Shown in pieces: positions 31,573 to 32,000 of a stretch of DNA of 32,000 nt (the first letter of the stretch is position 1; every line of letters begins with the position of its first letter). Source of the stretch: Candidatus Nanoclepta minutus (GTDB taxonomy: Archaea; Nanobdellota; Nanobdellia; Nanobdellales; Nanobdellaceae). The stretch is from positions 150,001 to 182,000 of the forward strand of contig MWMI01000001.1 in assembly GCA_003568775.1 (NCBI GenBank), read 5' to 3'. The notes beneath the pieces are model-generated. The model saw only the letters and a program-made list of their open reading frames with translations, did no database searches and was not told the origin of the DNA. A program made the position numbers and the translations under genes.

Positions 31573-32000
31573 TTATTTTTTAGTAATAATTTTTATTATA
31601 TCGTTATGATTTAATACATCATCTTTCTTTAATGTCCTTCCAGATCTTATTTCTTTTGCTAAAACGAACTTTTCGTAGAGTTCCGTATGCAATTTGATGG
31701 CCAGATCTTTAACTTTTGAACCCTTTGGCATTAAGATAACATCTGGTAGGACCCTACCCTTTGTATCGGTTAGATTATCGTTGGCAACAGGCCAGACGGC
31801 AATATAATTTAAGACGTTGAATATTGCAACGTTTAATATATCCTGGACACCTGTGCTCCTAAATTCTTTTAGAACGGTTTCTCTTACATAATCTACGAAT
31901 ACTTCAACTTGTGGATCATTTACTTTAACTTCTATCTCATCTTCACCAGGGATATAATCTATTTTTCCTTCTAGATCTAATATCCTCAATCCAACTTCTG
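31573..32000 (-). CDS. C-terminal part of an Obg-like GTPase with a TGS-like domain (DRG/YchF type); 5' end lies outside the window
   Basis: The frame stays open past the listed TTG at 31989 to the window edge. The C-terminal PKGSKVKDLAIKLHTELYEKFVLAKE...DIIKI resembles the TGS/ubiquitin-like tail of these GTPases. Confidence 0.45.
   Translation of the reverse strand, partial: EVGLRILDLEGKIDYIPGEDEIEVKVNDPQVEVFVDYVRETVLKEFRSTGVQDILNVAIFNVLNYIAVWPVANDNLTDTKGRVLPDVILMPKGSKVKDLAIKLHTELYEKFVLAKEIRSGRTLKKDDVLNHNDIIKIITKK

Noticed and set aside
1-32000. CRISPR arrays, transposases or IS elements, integrases, and long direct or inverted repeats.
   Set aside because: Scanning by eye found no repeat-spacer periodicity and no terminal inverted repeats. 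No ORF has transposase, integrase or Cas motifs. The only short direct repeat noticed (AGAGAAGGAATTAG, twice, about 27044-27079) encodes the E/K-rich tail of a small protein.

Overview
Archaeal chromosomal segment, shown by an archaeal histone, PCNA, RadA, aIF5A, ribosomal protein L15e, MBF1 and a probable C/D-box sRNA. By eye the DNA is AT-rich (not computed), the two tRNAs are very GC-rich and the proteins are K/E/I/Y-rich. This fits a hyperthermophile with a compact, possibly reduced genome; I cannot assign a lineage from sequence alone. I call about 41 protein genes, 2 tRNAs and 1 probable sRNA. Genes are packed with almost no spacer, with many 1-4 nt overlaps, and the longest non-coding stretch is 241 bp. 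Content is housekeeping: translation (MetRS, aIF5A, L15e, Trm5, TrmI), DNA replication and repair (PCNA, RadA, a DUF1998 helicase, EndoIII, an EndoIV-like protein, an ATL-EndoV fusion), Fe-S assembly (SufCBD), sugar metabolism (split GlmS, cupin PGI, enolase, a GalT-like protein) and envelope functions (SecD-like, rhomboid, CcdA plus thioredoxin). I see no CRISPR array, transposase, integrase, prophage or recognisable defence island, so I cannot point to a clear novel multi-gene system. Five things deserve a second look. (1) glmS is split cleanly by a nested Gfo/Idh/MocA-type oxidoreductase gene inside a GNAT-led operon. (2) An alkyltransferase-like (Cys to Trp) domain is fused to an endonuclease V whose metal-site residues are substituted. 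(3) A/T-rich boxes sit at a rigid -29 (+/-1) distance from start codons, implying pervasive leaderless transcription, and three divergent gene pairs share one central TATA at 52-53 bp ATG-to-ATG spacing. (4) A tRNA-Asn is followed 3 nt later by a C/D-box sRNA. (5) MetRS and Trm5 carry large lineage-specific insertions. All functional calls rest on motif recognition from the translated ORFs; no database search was possible.
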